Below the pieces are notes generated by a model, which was not told the DNA's origin, did not search any database, and saw only the letters and a list, made by a program, of their open reading frames with translations. From positions 68,634,001 through 68,698,000 of the forward strand of contig NC_045702.1 of assembly GCF_009834535.1 (NCBI RefSeq): a DNA stretch of 64,000 bases. Reading direction: 5' to 3'. The stretch comes from Camelus ferus (Eukaryota). The position numbers and the translations under genes were made by a program. Positions 24,501-37,365 of the stretch are shown piece by piece; positions within the stretch are counted from its first letter, which is position 1, and every line of letters begins with the position of its first letter.

Positions 24501-26879
24501 AGGAATTTACTATCATGTGTTACCTGACTTTGGCCCGCATGTTTTTCTTTCACTGGTTTATTAAGTTATTTGAGTCGTGACGTGTATTCCATCCAAGCCA
24601 TGATCTTTATGTTTATGAATATAAACACACCAATTCTTGCCACTATTAAGCACTAGAAAAATTAGTGTCTTTATAAAATTTTGTTTTGGGTCTTTATTGC
24701 TTTTCAGTTTCATTTATGGAGAGCCAGCGCACACACCGCTGATGAATCAGATTAGGGAAAATCACAGCAGGGCCTGTTTAGTTTCTGCTGGGAGGCCTTG
24801 GCCATCCCCGGTGAGGATTACTGTTTCAGAGCAGGCATACATTCTTGTCCTAAAACAAATGACTTGAGTGTTACGCCAGTGCCCACATGTTTATGCATCT
24901 TAATACTTTAAATGTTACCTGATTACATTGTATGAAATTCTAAATATATCCTGAGGAAAATTAAAGTGAATAGAAGTCTGTATTTCAGAACGCAGTACGG
25001 CTGGCCCCAGTTTCCTGATGTCCTGGGGGAAGGATGTAAGTTTTAAAACAGGTAGCGTGGTAAACCAGCTTTGCAGTAGATTTGAACTGCAGATGGGTTA
25101 CTTGTTACAAGTTCAAAGAACTCCAGTAGAGACTAAAATAAAATAAAAAAAAGAAAAATTAAAGTGCCCAGCCTGTTTTTGACGAGTGTCTGACATTTAT
25201 TACTTCCTTTGGCATTTTTTTTTCCTTAAAAAAAGTCTTGTGTGATTTAGGAGGACCAAACGTCTAGCTGCTACAGAGTCAGAAATTAAGTTAGTCAGAA
25301 AACGATATTCCCTTGTTACATTTGATTCATGGAAAACTATGGAGACACTCTCTTTCTCCAAATGATTTTTGACAGTTTTCTAAATCCCCCTTTCAACTAT
25401 CTTAGCTCGCTCTGTCTGGAATACCTGTGCCATGGGAAAACTCAGAGGGGGAAAGAGAAGAGCAAGAGGACAATATATTCCCCTTTGAGAGTTCAGTTGC
25501 TCCAGAATCCATTCCTGCTTCACCAGTGAAGAGGACAGTTGTCAAATAGGCAAAACTGGAAGAGGTGCTGCCTGGCCCATCACAACTCGCTGCATTTCCA
25601 TTGAGGGAGAAGAGTCATTGTAGGGTTCAGAGTATCTTTATTTATGTCTCATAAACAAGTTTAAAAATAACACCAAAAAAGGATGTTAACCATATGCCAT
25701 CTCACAGTTTGTGACTAAAGGGGATAAAGTTACCAAAGTTCCCTCCAGCCCTTTGAACTTGAGAGCCAGTGTGCCTTTTCCATTCCATTGTACAATGTGC
25801 TAAACAGTAACCCCTTCAGTGCCACTCTGGAGTGTGTGGTAGGTGCCCTTTGTTCAGCAAGCCCAGTACATCACATCATTTTATTTACTGTAGTTAGCGT
25901 ACTTTCAAACAGAGGCTTACCTTCTCTAGGCTTTTGTTTTCCTGATTTGCCATATAAAAAATAACTTTCAGATAAAAAAAATACTTTCAGATAAGATCAT
26001 GAAAGAAAACCATAGTTTAAAAAATGTCCAAAAGATCCTTAGGTCTCAGAGCAGTGATCAGCTACATTGAATGTTAACAGGATTTTAAGAATATGTTCCA
26101 TCATTCAAAAATTGAAGAGTTAAAAGATAAATCATTACTTTCAGATAATGATATACCTTTTAGTATTATAAGGCATACAGGGTAACCACATGAAATAAAT
26201 TCCTTTCATGAATTCACATACCATTTATCTTGTCCTAAATCTGGTAAAGCAGTATTCTTCAAGCTAACCTTAACATGTCGTTTCTTATAAAAGGAAGTCA
26301 ATTTTGTAGTTTTTTCCCCTACATTTTGTATATATACTTATACAAATAAAGGGACTGCAAATGTGCAAAACTAACCATACAGAGACTTCAGTTTGGACAT
26401 CAGTGCAGTGTTGCCAAATTATTCTGTTTTTATTTCTGAAAGTGATTTTGGTATAGCTGCTAATCTCTATGCCGTCTTCCTTTTTTCTCATTAGCAGTAT
26501 CAGTTCACCTAATGAGGCTGATGATGAGTATGAGCTCAGAACAAAATCATAGGAGTTTTGCAATCAATGGAAATAATACAAAAAAGACATGGGGGAGATC
26601 ATCCTGTGAAGTTTTCTAGGTTAGATCAAAGAAAAGGGCGAACCATAGACTCCAAAGATATTCACCAAAGACTATAAATTTGAATAATTCTTCAGGTTTC
26701 AAATTTCAGCAGAGATGCTGTGGTGTAGCAGATGTGTTCCTATGAATTTCTAGTTGGAATTCTATAATCTTTGTGAGAAAGTCAAGGCTGAATGTGGAAG
26801 GAGCCTGGCCTTGAGAGAGCACTGCCGTGAGTGCCGATAGCCTGATTGGAAATCCTAGGTGGAGACAGAAATAAATCTA

Positions 26880-27040
26880 CCACGATCTCAATTCTTTATG
26901 CTTTAGTTTAGTCACTTATAACATGGGGGTAAAAGAATAGCAACCGTATGGAATGGTTTGTGATGAGGTAGTATATATGCAGCTGTTAAAAGAATGTCTT
27001 TATTATGCTAAATGTTCAAATATATTAATTATTTCTATTT
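26880..27040 (+). mobile_element. MIR remnant
   Basis: CACTTATAACATGGGGGTAAAAGAATAG..GGTTTGTGATGAG..TTATGCTAAATGTTCAAATATATTAATTATT. Confidence 0.5.
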
Positions 27041-27429
27041 GTTATATTATTATTCATTTTGAGCCAAGGCCTACTCATGCCAGGTTCTTAATGTTCCCGA
27101 GTACTTCACTCTGCGATGGTTATCTACTTTCAAGTTAGAGCTTTGCAACCTCATCCTAATCCTGTCTGCCTCTCACGGGGACTTGGTCTCCAAGAGTCAA
27201 AAATACAACTCCAAAAATACACATGCTTCATAGATGAAGTTCTTGCAAAATCTGACTTTCTTAAAAATTGAAGAAGGCTATTAGAAATAATGTTGCCATG
27301 AACCTCTTATAAATGTCTTTGGTCCATGTACTTAGGCCCACAGACATGGCCAAACTGTTCCTAGTGGCATGCAGAATAGATCAAACTAATCCATGATGAT
27401 GAATGCCTGGTTAGTAATTACCTGTCTAG

Positions 27430-27515
27430 ATGGGTGGTGGTTACATGGTATATAAAGACTTGTCACCTGGCACTTAAAATGTGTGCAGTTTATATTTGTC
27501 AGACTAAAATTAAAA
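27430..27515 (+). mobile_element. Old L1M 3' end fragment
   Basis: GATGGGTGGTGGTTACATGG..CACTTAAAATGTGTGCAGTTTATATT. Confidence 0.45.
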
Positions 27516-28809
27516 TGTTTAAATATGTTTGAAGAAGAGGTATCTGAAAGTAAGGATTTCATGAAATGCATGGTATTTCAAATTTACCTTGGAAGTATTA
27601 TGGTTCATTATCCTCAGATTTCAGTTCTCAGGGAAGTCCCTAAGCCATTGTACGTCAAGCCATAGGTAAAAGTCCTAATTTTAGGCCACGTGCTCAGCTC
27701 TATCTCCCTCCATTGTTCCTCCTACTTAGTTTTGCTGACCTTCAAATCATTTCTTGTTATTTAATGAAAACTTTAGCACCCAATTCATTTCTTTTTTCCA
27801 TCCAAATATTATTGCCATCTTATGCAAATTCAGTGTTTCTGTTTTTGCTCAGCTGACAACCATCCCTCTCATTTCCTTGGTCTCATCTCCACTTGTCTCA
27901 CCCTGAGTGACTAAATCTGATGGCCACATCTGCTCCTTGTCATCACCATGAAGGATTTGGAATAAAAGACTGGGACAACTAAATCCATCACAGCCTCCTT
28001 CCCTTGGCACTCTCATCCAGCTCTTCCCAGTAAAGCATTTCTTTGTCTCATCCACACATCCGGTAGCCTGATGTTTCTGTTTTATAAATTGTTACAATTT
28101 TTTCATTTCTTCACAATCTCCCTTGTTCAGTTTATAATTCCCGAGCAGGATAATCCCTCACTTCTCCAGGCAGTTGAAATCCTTTGCCTCTTCCTCCCAA
28201 ACCCCAGTCTTCTGATCATGTGAACCACCTGTCATCTCCATGCTTCCGCCAGAACTACTAGAGAAAAATCACAAAACAATGACATTCATGAACACTAACC
28301 AGGCCCTGATGCTGCCCGTTAATTTTTAGTTTTCTTCATCAACTCTCTCCACAGTTTTCCACAGCAATCTTTTCAAAATATATTTATCTCTTCCACTTAC
28401 AGCCTTTCCCTTCCTCCAGCCCACCCTCTCAGAGATTACTTAAGCCACTACCTGCAGTGGAGAAAATAATAACCATCACATGAGAACTGTCCCAACTTTC
28501 TGCCACCTGATGTGACTGTCTCGTTACTGTAACTGTCTCATCACTGCTGGTCTTCTTATTCCCTCTTAGTACAGCAGGAGATGTTTTCTTCCTCCTGTTC
28601 AAATTGTGTTCTCGACCTCATTATCTATTTCCTTCTTGAAGCTCTCACTCTGTCTTCTAATCCTTCACTCCTGTAGCTTCAGCTTTTACTTCTATACTAG
28701 ATAGTTCTTATCATGATTTTACAAGATGTCTTCCATCTAAATCTTCCCTCTTCCTAGCCCTCTCTTGCTGCTTCTCTCCTTTTTCTCTTCTTCCTGTCAC
28801 AGATAAGTA

Positions 28810-28960
28810 TCTACATTATGTAGATGTATACATACATGTCTTAACATATAACCATGTATCATACATACATACATACATGTGTAATATATTGCACATCTGT
28901 ATCTATCATGTGTAAGATACATACATGTATATCTAATACATAAATTGTACATCTGTATCT
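28810..28960. repeat. TA/CA-rich low-complexity tract
   Basis: Degenerate ATAC/ATGT repeats. Confidence 0.7.
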
Positions 28961-29138
28961 TTCTGCACAATTTTTATCTCTACAAAACTGATCTCATTAA
29001 ATTTGAAAGTAAGTGATAACTGTTTCACTTAATCTAATAGACACTTTGCAACCATTGTCATAGATTTTGTCTTTTGGACGCTCTTACCCCTACACTAGAA
29101 ACTCTGTGAGGGCTGGGACTACATGTCTTACTACACTT

Positions 29139-29302
29139 GTTTTTTGTTTGTTTGTTTGTTTTTATAGGTAAAACATTTTATTTATTTTTGTTTGGTTGGT
29201 TTTTTGTTTTGTTTTTTTTTAATCTGGCAATAGGGATTTAACTTTTTTAAACATTTTTTATTGAGTTATAGGCATTTTACAATGTTGTGTCAAATTCTAG
29301 TG
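29139..29302 (-). mobile_element. T-rich tail plus very short young L1 3' end inserted in the L2
   Basis: (TTTG)n/T-rich tract, then TTTTTTAAACATTTTTTATTGAGTTATAGGCATTTTACAATGTTGTGTCAAATTCTAGTG. Confidence 0.65.
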
Positions 29303-30109
29303 TGCTGTGCTTGTATCTCTAAACCCTTCACAGTAAGTTCTCAGTAAATATTTACTATGGGATTTAATTAATATTGTAGAAGTCATATAATACTCTTTAT
29401 CAGAACTTGCATTTAGAAAAACATTGATCTCTGTAGAAAGAATAATTTTGTTACTTAAGCACAAAGGAAATATTTACTAAAGCTTTCAGTGTCAAGCTCT
29501 GTTATTCAACTTTAAGTTCACACTTTTAGCATTTTTAATCGATGGGTTTATATAACGCATTTTCTGTAAATGGACAGAAGAGTAAAATAATGTATTTTAT
29601 ATTACATCATCCAGTATAGCTTGATTCCTCACTGTATGACAGAGACTCTTAATACTTGTATGTCATCCTGAATACTCTGTAGGTGAGAACTTGTTCTAAC
29701 TTTTATGTATGGGAAAATTTGGTTTTCACAAATGATTAGGGAACTGTCTTAGTAAGCAGTGATATTTCTGACAGATTCATAACTTATGAAGGAGACTTTC
29801 ACCAAAAGGTCTTTTACGTATAGCCCATTTTGTTGTATATGCTGCAGTGAACTCAATATTACATCTGGAAAGAAGTCTCAGTCCTCCTGTGTTATCCTGT
29901 GGTTTGCCTTTCTATGGAGATCAAAATTCTTCTATCTGAGTATGAATGGCTTTTCCATCTTTCATCTTTCATAAATGATTATCAACCCCATCCTGCCTGG
30001 CTGACTATTAAATTATGTGTTACTGTGTTCTAGCAGCACCACGGAATCACTGCCCACCAGATGACAGTCAGGTGGTCTAATGCTGATCTTATTCTTGTTC
30101 GATACTTAC

Positions 30110-30200
30110 CAGCATCTCTCCAGAGAACAATGCCGTTCAGGGAAGAGGATTGCTTGCAGTATTTTCTTTCCATCCATTCTAGCACATGCTCAGGAATAGT
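30110..30200 (-). other. Candidate internal exon (91 nt, phase 0 to 1)
   Basis: Donor CTG|GTAAGTA; weak acceptor CCAAGATTAG; open frame TIPEHVLEWMERKYCKQSSSLNGIVLWRDA. No recognised homologue. Confidence 0.2.
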
Positions 30201-31774
30201 CTAATCTTGGACTGATCTGAATCTTCAAACAGTTGCATATCATTTTGATCACTAATAGAATAACTTGAATAATAGAATCTTATTTTTAAAGCCGTATTAT
30301 TCTTATGGTTTTATTTATTATAAGAATATGTGATATTAAATTTCTCAGGACCCTAAGAATAAATTTCTCCAGCCTTAGTACCAGGAATAAGCATAGAATA
30401 TCTTGTCCACAATTGGTTTCTTTTGTTTTGAGGACCTTGAATCACATTTTTGGTTCTATTAACCCTCTTATCTAAGTAGTCCGGCTACTTGGCATGGGGA
30501 AAAAGGTCCAGGACCTCCTATCGTTCTAGGTTAGTCCGAAGAGAGCTCCTAATTCTTGCGAGAATACTGTAGCTTCAGTGACCCAGGAAATCCTACCAGT
30601 TGATCTAAGAATAAAACTGCTTTTGTTGCTCAGGGGAAGCCCAGTATGTGGTGAGGCTGGTTGACTCATGTAATAGTAAGTTTTGTGGAAAGGGCACTGA
30701 GGTGGTCACTAGACATGTAGCATGGTTTCTGCAGGAACTGCTCCACCGACAAACTTTCAAGCTGTAAAGAAATACAGCTTATTTGAGTCAGCCTTCTGGC
30801 TAGAAAATAGTCTCCCAGTCTTCACTTAAGCATAGATGTCCTCACTTAAGGATAAATGAGAACACACTGCTTATCCTGGAGTTGGTTCTTGTGACCATGT
30901 GTACCGTCTTCAAGTCCTCCTGTCCACTTGGAAACAGACGCTTGGCTCCCAGTCATGTAAATCAGTCCTCCTGGCTTCTAACCTGCTGTTTCTCAGTCTG
31001 AAATTTCAACCCAGCTGCTCTCCTGATCACTTACCAAAGTATAGTACCTTGGATCAGCAAATGATACTTTTCATTTTGACCAATACCCTTGAAAACCCAA
31101 AGCATCATAACATTGATAAAATTAAAGGTAACCAAATGCACAAAATAAAGAAACCAATAGTGTTATTAAAGCTATACTTTGTTGAATTTTGACAAGCATT
31201 TCTCTTGTTGCATAAATGCTTTAAAAGTTGTGGGTTACGTTTAAACCTATTTATACTGCAAAATTCTTATGGTAGGAAAAACCCTATAGGAAGAGGAGGC
31301 TCTATGAATTTCATCACTACATCCCATTTCCATTTAACTCTTTAGGAAATTATCTACATGCAGGACCTGGGCATTTTTGCCAAATTGAACAGAAAACAAA
31401 AGTAAGAATTAAATACTCTGTAATTGACAAAAGTTGATTCCTAATAGGTTTTGTAGCAAGTGATAAAATCAGAATAAATACTGTAACTCTGGAATGTTTC
31501 CTTCATTGTGTATTTTTTTTTATCTTAGATAACTTGTTAATAAAGGTAGCCACTTGAAGAAAGTTTCCATGACTTAAGAAATAGTGGACTGTCAACTTAT
31601 ATTGAATAGTGAAAGCAGATTAAAATGAAAATGTAAAGTGTCAAGCTTGTTTTAGAGTTAGGGGGAAAAAAAAAACATATTGGCTTATGGCCAAAATATT
31701 TGGCTCCCAAATGTCATCTTTAGAACGACTTTTAAAACCCACTGTGACTGCTTCTCCCTCCTCTCAACTCGCAG

Positions 31775-31885
31775 CAGGCTAAAGCAGACCTCACTCAGTC
31801 CCACACAGATGTGGACAGAGAAACTGCTCATTATCAATCAACGAACACAAACAAGTTGAAGACTGCTCAGTCCCCCCTGTTAAAG
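31775..31885 (+). other. Candidate internal exon (111 nt, symmetric phase 0)
   Basis: Branch-like GTGAC, tract CTTCTCCCTCCTCTCAACTCGCAG, donor AAG|GTAAGG; open frame QAKADLTQSHTDVDRETAHYQSTNTNKLKTAQSPLLK. Confidence 0.35.
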
Positions 31886-32464
31886 GTAAGGGGGCTTAGA
31901 GACCCCAAAGAGTTTATTATTCTGGGACTGAGATCATCAGAGTCATTTGATTTTGACTTGCACAGGAGCCACAAAGGTTAAATTGAGGTTAAGTTTCCCA
32001 AACAAAGTGGAAGCAATTAAACAGTTAAATTATGTTGCTTTATTTTCTTTGTTTTTTAACCAAGAGACCCAAAAAAGTATAAAAATGTGAATTCTTATAT
32101 ATTGTTTAGTAACAAAAATGATACACAAGAAATTGCCTTTTATGCTTAATTATATGCTTCTACACACCATTTTTTCACTAAAAATCACAAGAGAATAGTA
32201 TGTATATATCCAGCCAGTAACTGATTATAGGATTTCTGTCTTTGCAAGAGGATGTGTAAGGACTTCTGAAGTCAATACTTTTTGATTAGGCAGGAAAAAA
32301 AAATCAAGCTTCTTGAAATGGGATAATAATATTTACGTTTGTTTGAGTATGGTCAGTTAGAAGGAAAACCAGTCACAGAGTCAAAAGACCTGGATGTAGC
32401 TGTTTTTCCTCCCTGAGAGGGTTATGCAACCATAACCTACTTTATTTTATGCAAGCCATTTCTA

Positions 32465-32600
32465 CGTTTATTGTCTCACTGGACTTCTAAAATAGTTTTA
32501 TAAGGTAGAGGGGCAGTTGACAAATGAAAAAAAGAACTCAGATTATGTGACTTGCCCAAGACCACACATTTAGTAAGAGTTGGAGCCAGGCTCTAATTTA
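32465..32600 (-). mobile_element. MIR remnant
   Basis: ACAAATGAAAAAAAGAACTCAGATTATGTGACTTGCCCAAGACCACACATTTAGTAAGAGTTGGAGCCAGG. Confidence 0.55.
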
Positions 32601-35099
32601 CCGCTAATTCCATGTATTACATAGTGTCACACCTAGAATCATTTAAGTATCATGGAGTATTTCATTTTATCTCTTATTTTAAAAATTGGTGGTATTCTTA
32701 AAGAACAACTTTATAGCACTATAAACAATAGTTGATATACTATTTACTGAATCCTTATGTCCGAAAAAAAAAAAGCCTGAACCCCCGCCATGGGGAATAG
32801 GATACTTGGATGTATTGATTGTGTCTGCATATGTCAGCAAAAAGAAGTTGAAAAATATTTGGATTGTGACCAATTCAAGTCCTCTTCTTACTAAATTTCT
32901 TTTCCAGTTTTGTCTGAATTGCTATTCTAATAAGAAATACTCCCCTGCCTTAGGTTAATCTAAAAGAGTTTCACTAGAGGAGTCAATAAAAGAGGAAGGG
33001 TGGACTTGAAGAACAGCCCTTTCAGAGATTCTCTGGATCCTGGGTAATCTTCAGGTACAGAGGCTGAAAGGTTGTGGGGGGGGGGAGGTTTCAGGGAACA
33101 TGACTCCCATAAGGAACCGGAGGCCTTGTAACTACCAAGGTCTAGAGAAGCACTTTATTCCTCTGAAACAGGGAAGGGAAGAAACTGAGCTGCACAAAAT
33201 GTTGCACTGGTTTGCTGAGTATAGACACACCCAGGTTTCCTGTTCTACATGAGGTTAGAGCTTGGATCACAGATGTCCAGCCAAATGTGGCCTTGCTCTG
33301 ACCCAGATCGTGCCACTAGAGAAGGACTAGTCACTCTGAGGAGCAGGGTATTTTTGTTATTGTTCCTTGAAGCCATACACTCCCTTGCAGTGGGAACATT
33401 GGGCTATTAAAGGCTTTAAAGAAACTTTTTGTTGTGTCTCCTAGATGGAGACCCTCCCAGCACACAATGTGTAATTTAGAAAAAAAGAGAAGAAGTCTGA
33501 TCAAAGAGTGGAATTTTTAGGTGGTATGCCTAAAGAAAATCTTTTAGCACTCTAAACAGTCATTGGCATGATGTTTATTGAAACAAGTGTCTGAAAAAAT
33601 ATGTTAAGTCTCATAGATGACTGGGCAAAAGAATGTGGTTTTTATCTATGGGTAGAAAAAGTAGAGACAAATTCTAGAGGAAACTAAATGTATATCTGCT
33701 GATGCTCAAGAAAAGACAAGTATTCAGTTTATGGTAAAATACTTTCTTGACCACATGCCACAACCTCCCAGCAAAAGGTTAGAATGCTCATGGTCCCCAC
33801 TTGTCGTGAAGTGTTTGCTTGCTGAAGCATGCATCACACTTATGCATGAGTGTTGCAGAAACTATTCATAATTCTTGATTTGTCAGAATGGTGTGGTTAA
33901 GAACTTGAAGTACTGTTAAATTTTCTTTCAATAATTTTCTCTCTGATAAAATATTGGCAGCCTTTTTAAAGGACAGGCTAGAAAATATTTGATGAGGAAG
34001 CAGAGAATTGGTGGAGGAAAATGCACATGAGAAAACTGGTAGTAATTGTATTTAGGTACTAGTTATGTCTGTCATTACTAGTACAGTATATTACTAGTAC
34101 TAGTACAGAAAAGAGACTACAAATTCCAGTTTCTATCTTGAAGTGATAAAGGCAGATAGGATGTTTGGAAAAAGATTGATTGATTGATTGGATGGTGACA
34201 ATGGAATGATCACTTTATACTGCCCAACAGAAAGCAGGAAGTAGTTCAATGTATCATTTTTTCTCAACTATAAAGGGGAGAATGTAGTCAGTTTGTCCTG
34301 GTGTAGTCCAGAAGATAAATCATGCCTAAAGGAACTTGAAGAAATAATTTAAACTGAACATATATGTTACCTTCTAAACACTGAGTTGATCAACATCTGT
34401 AGCTTTTAAGTTCTAAGCCTCGTGCTGTCTGAGCACGAGGCTTCTGGACAGCTGCCTGGTGGGAGCAGCGGTGGTGGTGAATGCACTGGTTATGACATTG
34501 GTGGCTCACTGAGTTTATTCAGAGTTTTGGAGGCAAAATAGTTATTTACTCAACTTCTTTCAGATAATTACTTTCTCTTCTTCATCTGTTTACCGGCCAG
34601 TCACAAGGTTTTGTTTTATGTTGAAAGTTTTTATCACTCTGTATTGACTTATCTTTTCTTAACCTAAGGGTTTTGTTACTGAAATTTATTTTGCTTAAAA
34701 TTCGTAACTTTTTTCCAAATGCAAATGTTATACACACCAACTTTGTGATATCTGTTAGCTCTAGAAACAGAGAGAGAGACTTGCTGCTTTTTTATTACCT
34801 TTTTCAATTCTCTAAAATCTAAAATATGATGTAGTGATTAGGAACAAATATGTGAATGTGTTAATGTTGGTTTAATGTTGACGGTGGATATCTGAGTGAA
34901 TGCCTATACAACTGTTTTCTGTAAAGTTAAAATACTTACATTTCATGTTTTTTTAAAAGCTCAACATCCTCATTGTGGAACCACTAGAGATTAAAAATAA
35001 GAAAATTCATTCATTCATGTAGCTACACTCAGAATTAATTACTTTAGAATGTGAGAATAGGTCTTTCTAGGTTTACTTTTTAAATATACATTCTCATAA

Positions 35100-35650
35100 A
35101 TTTTTGTTGGCTTGTTAAATTTCCACAATTTTTTCATACACTGTACAATTAGATATTTTAGCATTTTGTCTTTAGTATTCATATTTCACCAAGTTTTGCC
35201 ACTGAAAGCATTTCTGATATCATTATACTTAAAAATCATGACATATAATTATATCATCATACTGCAGCATATCATTTTGCAATTATGGATCTATTCTCCT
35301 TTTATTAAATGTTTGGATTTTTTTCAGTTATTTTCTGCTGAAAATGTCACTGTCATAAATAACTCATTCTGATAAATTCCTTAGGACTGTTTTTTAGTAG
35401 TTAAGTTACAGGGTCAAATGCAACACACATTTATAGTTCTTATACATGGTATACATATCAAGCTGTTTCCTAGGATGGTCTAGTTTCTCCTGTGAGAAAA
35501 GCATGCTAGTGCTTAATTGATTAAACCCTCCTCTACACTGAGAAAAATAAATAAGGTTTTGGATTTTTGTTAATTTAGGGGCAAAAAATATTATCTCAAT
35601 CAAATAGAACATTAAATATGTGTGTATATTACACAGTGCCATGAATTTCT
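35100..35650 (-). mobile_element. Highly decayed L1ME-like 3' region
   Basis: T-rich blocks such as AATGTTTGGATTTTTTTCAGTT..GATAAATTCCTTAG..CAGGGTCAAATG resemble antisense old L1 3' ends. Confidence 0.45.
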
Positions 35651-35860
35651 CATTTTAGAGACAACCTTGCTGTGATCTAGGGTGTTAGTAAGTTTATATA
35701 TATATACATATATATATGTAAATGAATCCTATGTTATATTTGTAACAAGACAATAGTAACAGTTTGGGGGTTTTGGGGGGGTTTGTATAAATTAGATTTT
35801 ATGTAGTCGTTCTGTTGTTTGTTACCATTTTTTCCATTGCCTTTGTGCTAGGAAAGTCCC

Positions 35861-36355
35861 TGTATTAATTTCCTAGAATTGCAGTGATTGATTACCACAA
35901 ACTTGTTGTCTTAAGTTAGCAAAAATTTATTCTCTCACAATTCTGGAGGCCAGAAGTCCAACATCTGCATCACTGGGCTGCAATCAAGGTGGGAAGGGCC
36001 ATGCTCCTTCCACAGGCTCTCGGAGAGAATCCATTACTTGCTTTTTCCAGTTTCTGGAGCTGTCTTCCTTGGCTCAAGGCCCTTTCTTCCATCTTCAATG
36101 CCAGCAATGGAACATCTTCAAATCTTTCTTTCTGGTTCCATCTTCACCGTCTGAGTGTGTGTCTAACTCCCACTACCTCTCTCTTGTAAGGGCACTTGGG
36201 ATGGCATGTAGGGCCCACCTGGGATAACTCAGGAAATCTCATTTCAAGGGCCTTAGCCTAATCACATCTCAAAAGCTTTACAGTTGAGGCAACATATACA
36301 GGTTTCAGAGATTAGGACCTGGTATCTTTTGATGGCCATTATTTAGCCTACTACC
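35861..36355 (-). mobile_element. Solo MaLR LTR (MLT1C/D-like), near full length
   Basis: Starts TGTATTAATTTCCTAG; contains AATTTATTCTCTCACAATTCTGGAGGCCAGAAGTCCAA, GGGCCCACCTGGGATAA and CCTAATCACATCT; ends GGCCATTATTTAGCCTACTAC. Confidence 0.85.
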
Positions 36356-37365
36356 TCTTTTAAAAGCCATTTATGATAAGTTAAATGTTCACTTCTGTAT
36401 TTTTTCAGTCCTCTTAATAATTCTCTGTCTCTTACTCTGCATTTGAATCTGATGTATCAAGACTAACTTCCGTGTTTGTCTGATAATGTTTACAGCAAAC
36501 ATTACTCTTTATTTTAGGATCCTGAATATCTAGCTATCATTTAGGTGGAAATAGGTGATTTAAAGCACTTGAGAATCTACATGATATTTTAAAATTATAG
36601 TTTATATATCCTACTTTTGATTAAAACACTCATTGTTCAGACTAATAATACTGAAAGAAAATAATGCTTTCTGTCTATAAAATTATAGAAAAAAACTATT
36701 CTACTGCATTGTATCAAACCTTAAAATTTACTTGGAGGAGGTAGTTTTTTATAATCTTTTTTTTTTTAAATCACAATGGTCTTTACCTAGACTCATAATG
36801 ATAGAATTAGTGATTGTGTATGAAACGCTGTCCTTTGTAAAAGTAACTTCATCCAAAGATGGCTTACAAAGAGATTAAAGTCAGTAATGTGATTTTGTCT
36901 TTAATTTGAACTCTTCGGATTTAGTGTTTCAGATCTCATTATATTCCTCAAAATAAGTAAAAAAATATTCTGACCACAGTTGTTTTTCTTTTATGATCCA
37001 ATTTTTAGACTATAAAAAGAAATTACTACCTATAAAATATAATTGGCATTGCATTTTTAGTCAGCAAGATAACCAGATGCTTTAAAAACAAAAAGAATTC
37101 ATTATACAAGATTCTCAAAACTTGTTCTGAGTAATTATTTCATCAAATAACTGTTCTGATATTTTAAAATATTTATTACTCGTGTCTTTGATTTTTCTTT
37201 GATATTTGAGTGTAAAATGAATATGCCACACGGCTACATAAAATAGATCACTCACAAAGGGTTTAGTGGGTGCAGATGCCTATGGACAAAGGAATCAGTT
37301 TATTTGCAAAAAAAAATTTTTTTAGATAAAATGTCTGATGTTTCATAAATTGAAAAATAATTTCT

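Larger units (their letters stand above)
27850..29360 (+). mobile_element. L2 LINE (decayed ORF2 and 3' end), interrupted
   Basis: Pyrimidine-rich L2 blocks (CTAGAGAAAAATCACA..ATTCATGAACACTAACC..GGAGAAAATAATAACCATCA..GAACT), CTAGAAACTCTGTGAGGGCTGGGAC and a terminal GTTCTCAGTAAATATTTACT. Confidence 0.7.

Noticed and set aside
26471-26552. Very strong acceptor at 26494/26495 followed by SISSPNEADDEYELRTKS*
   Set aside because: I found no convincing donor, nearby poly(A) signal or upstream partner, and an isolated acceptor is common.
27556-27567. 12-bp palindrome ATTTCATGAAAT
   Set aside because: It is AT-rich and short enough to be expected by chance in 64 kb.
34075-34110. TACTAGTA palindromic micro-repeats
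   Set aside because: This is a short AT-rich slippage duplication with no further structure.
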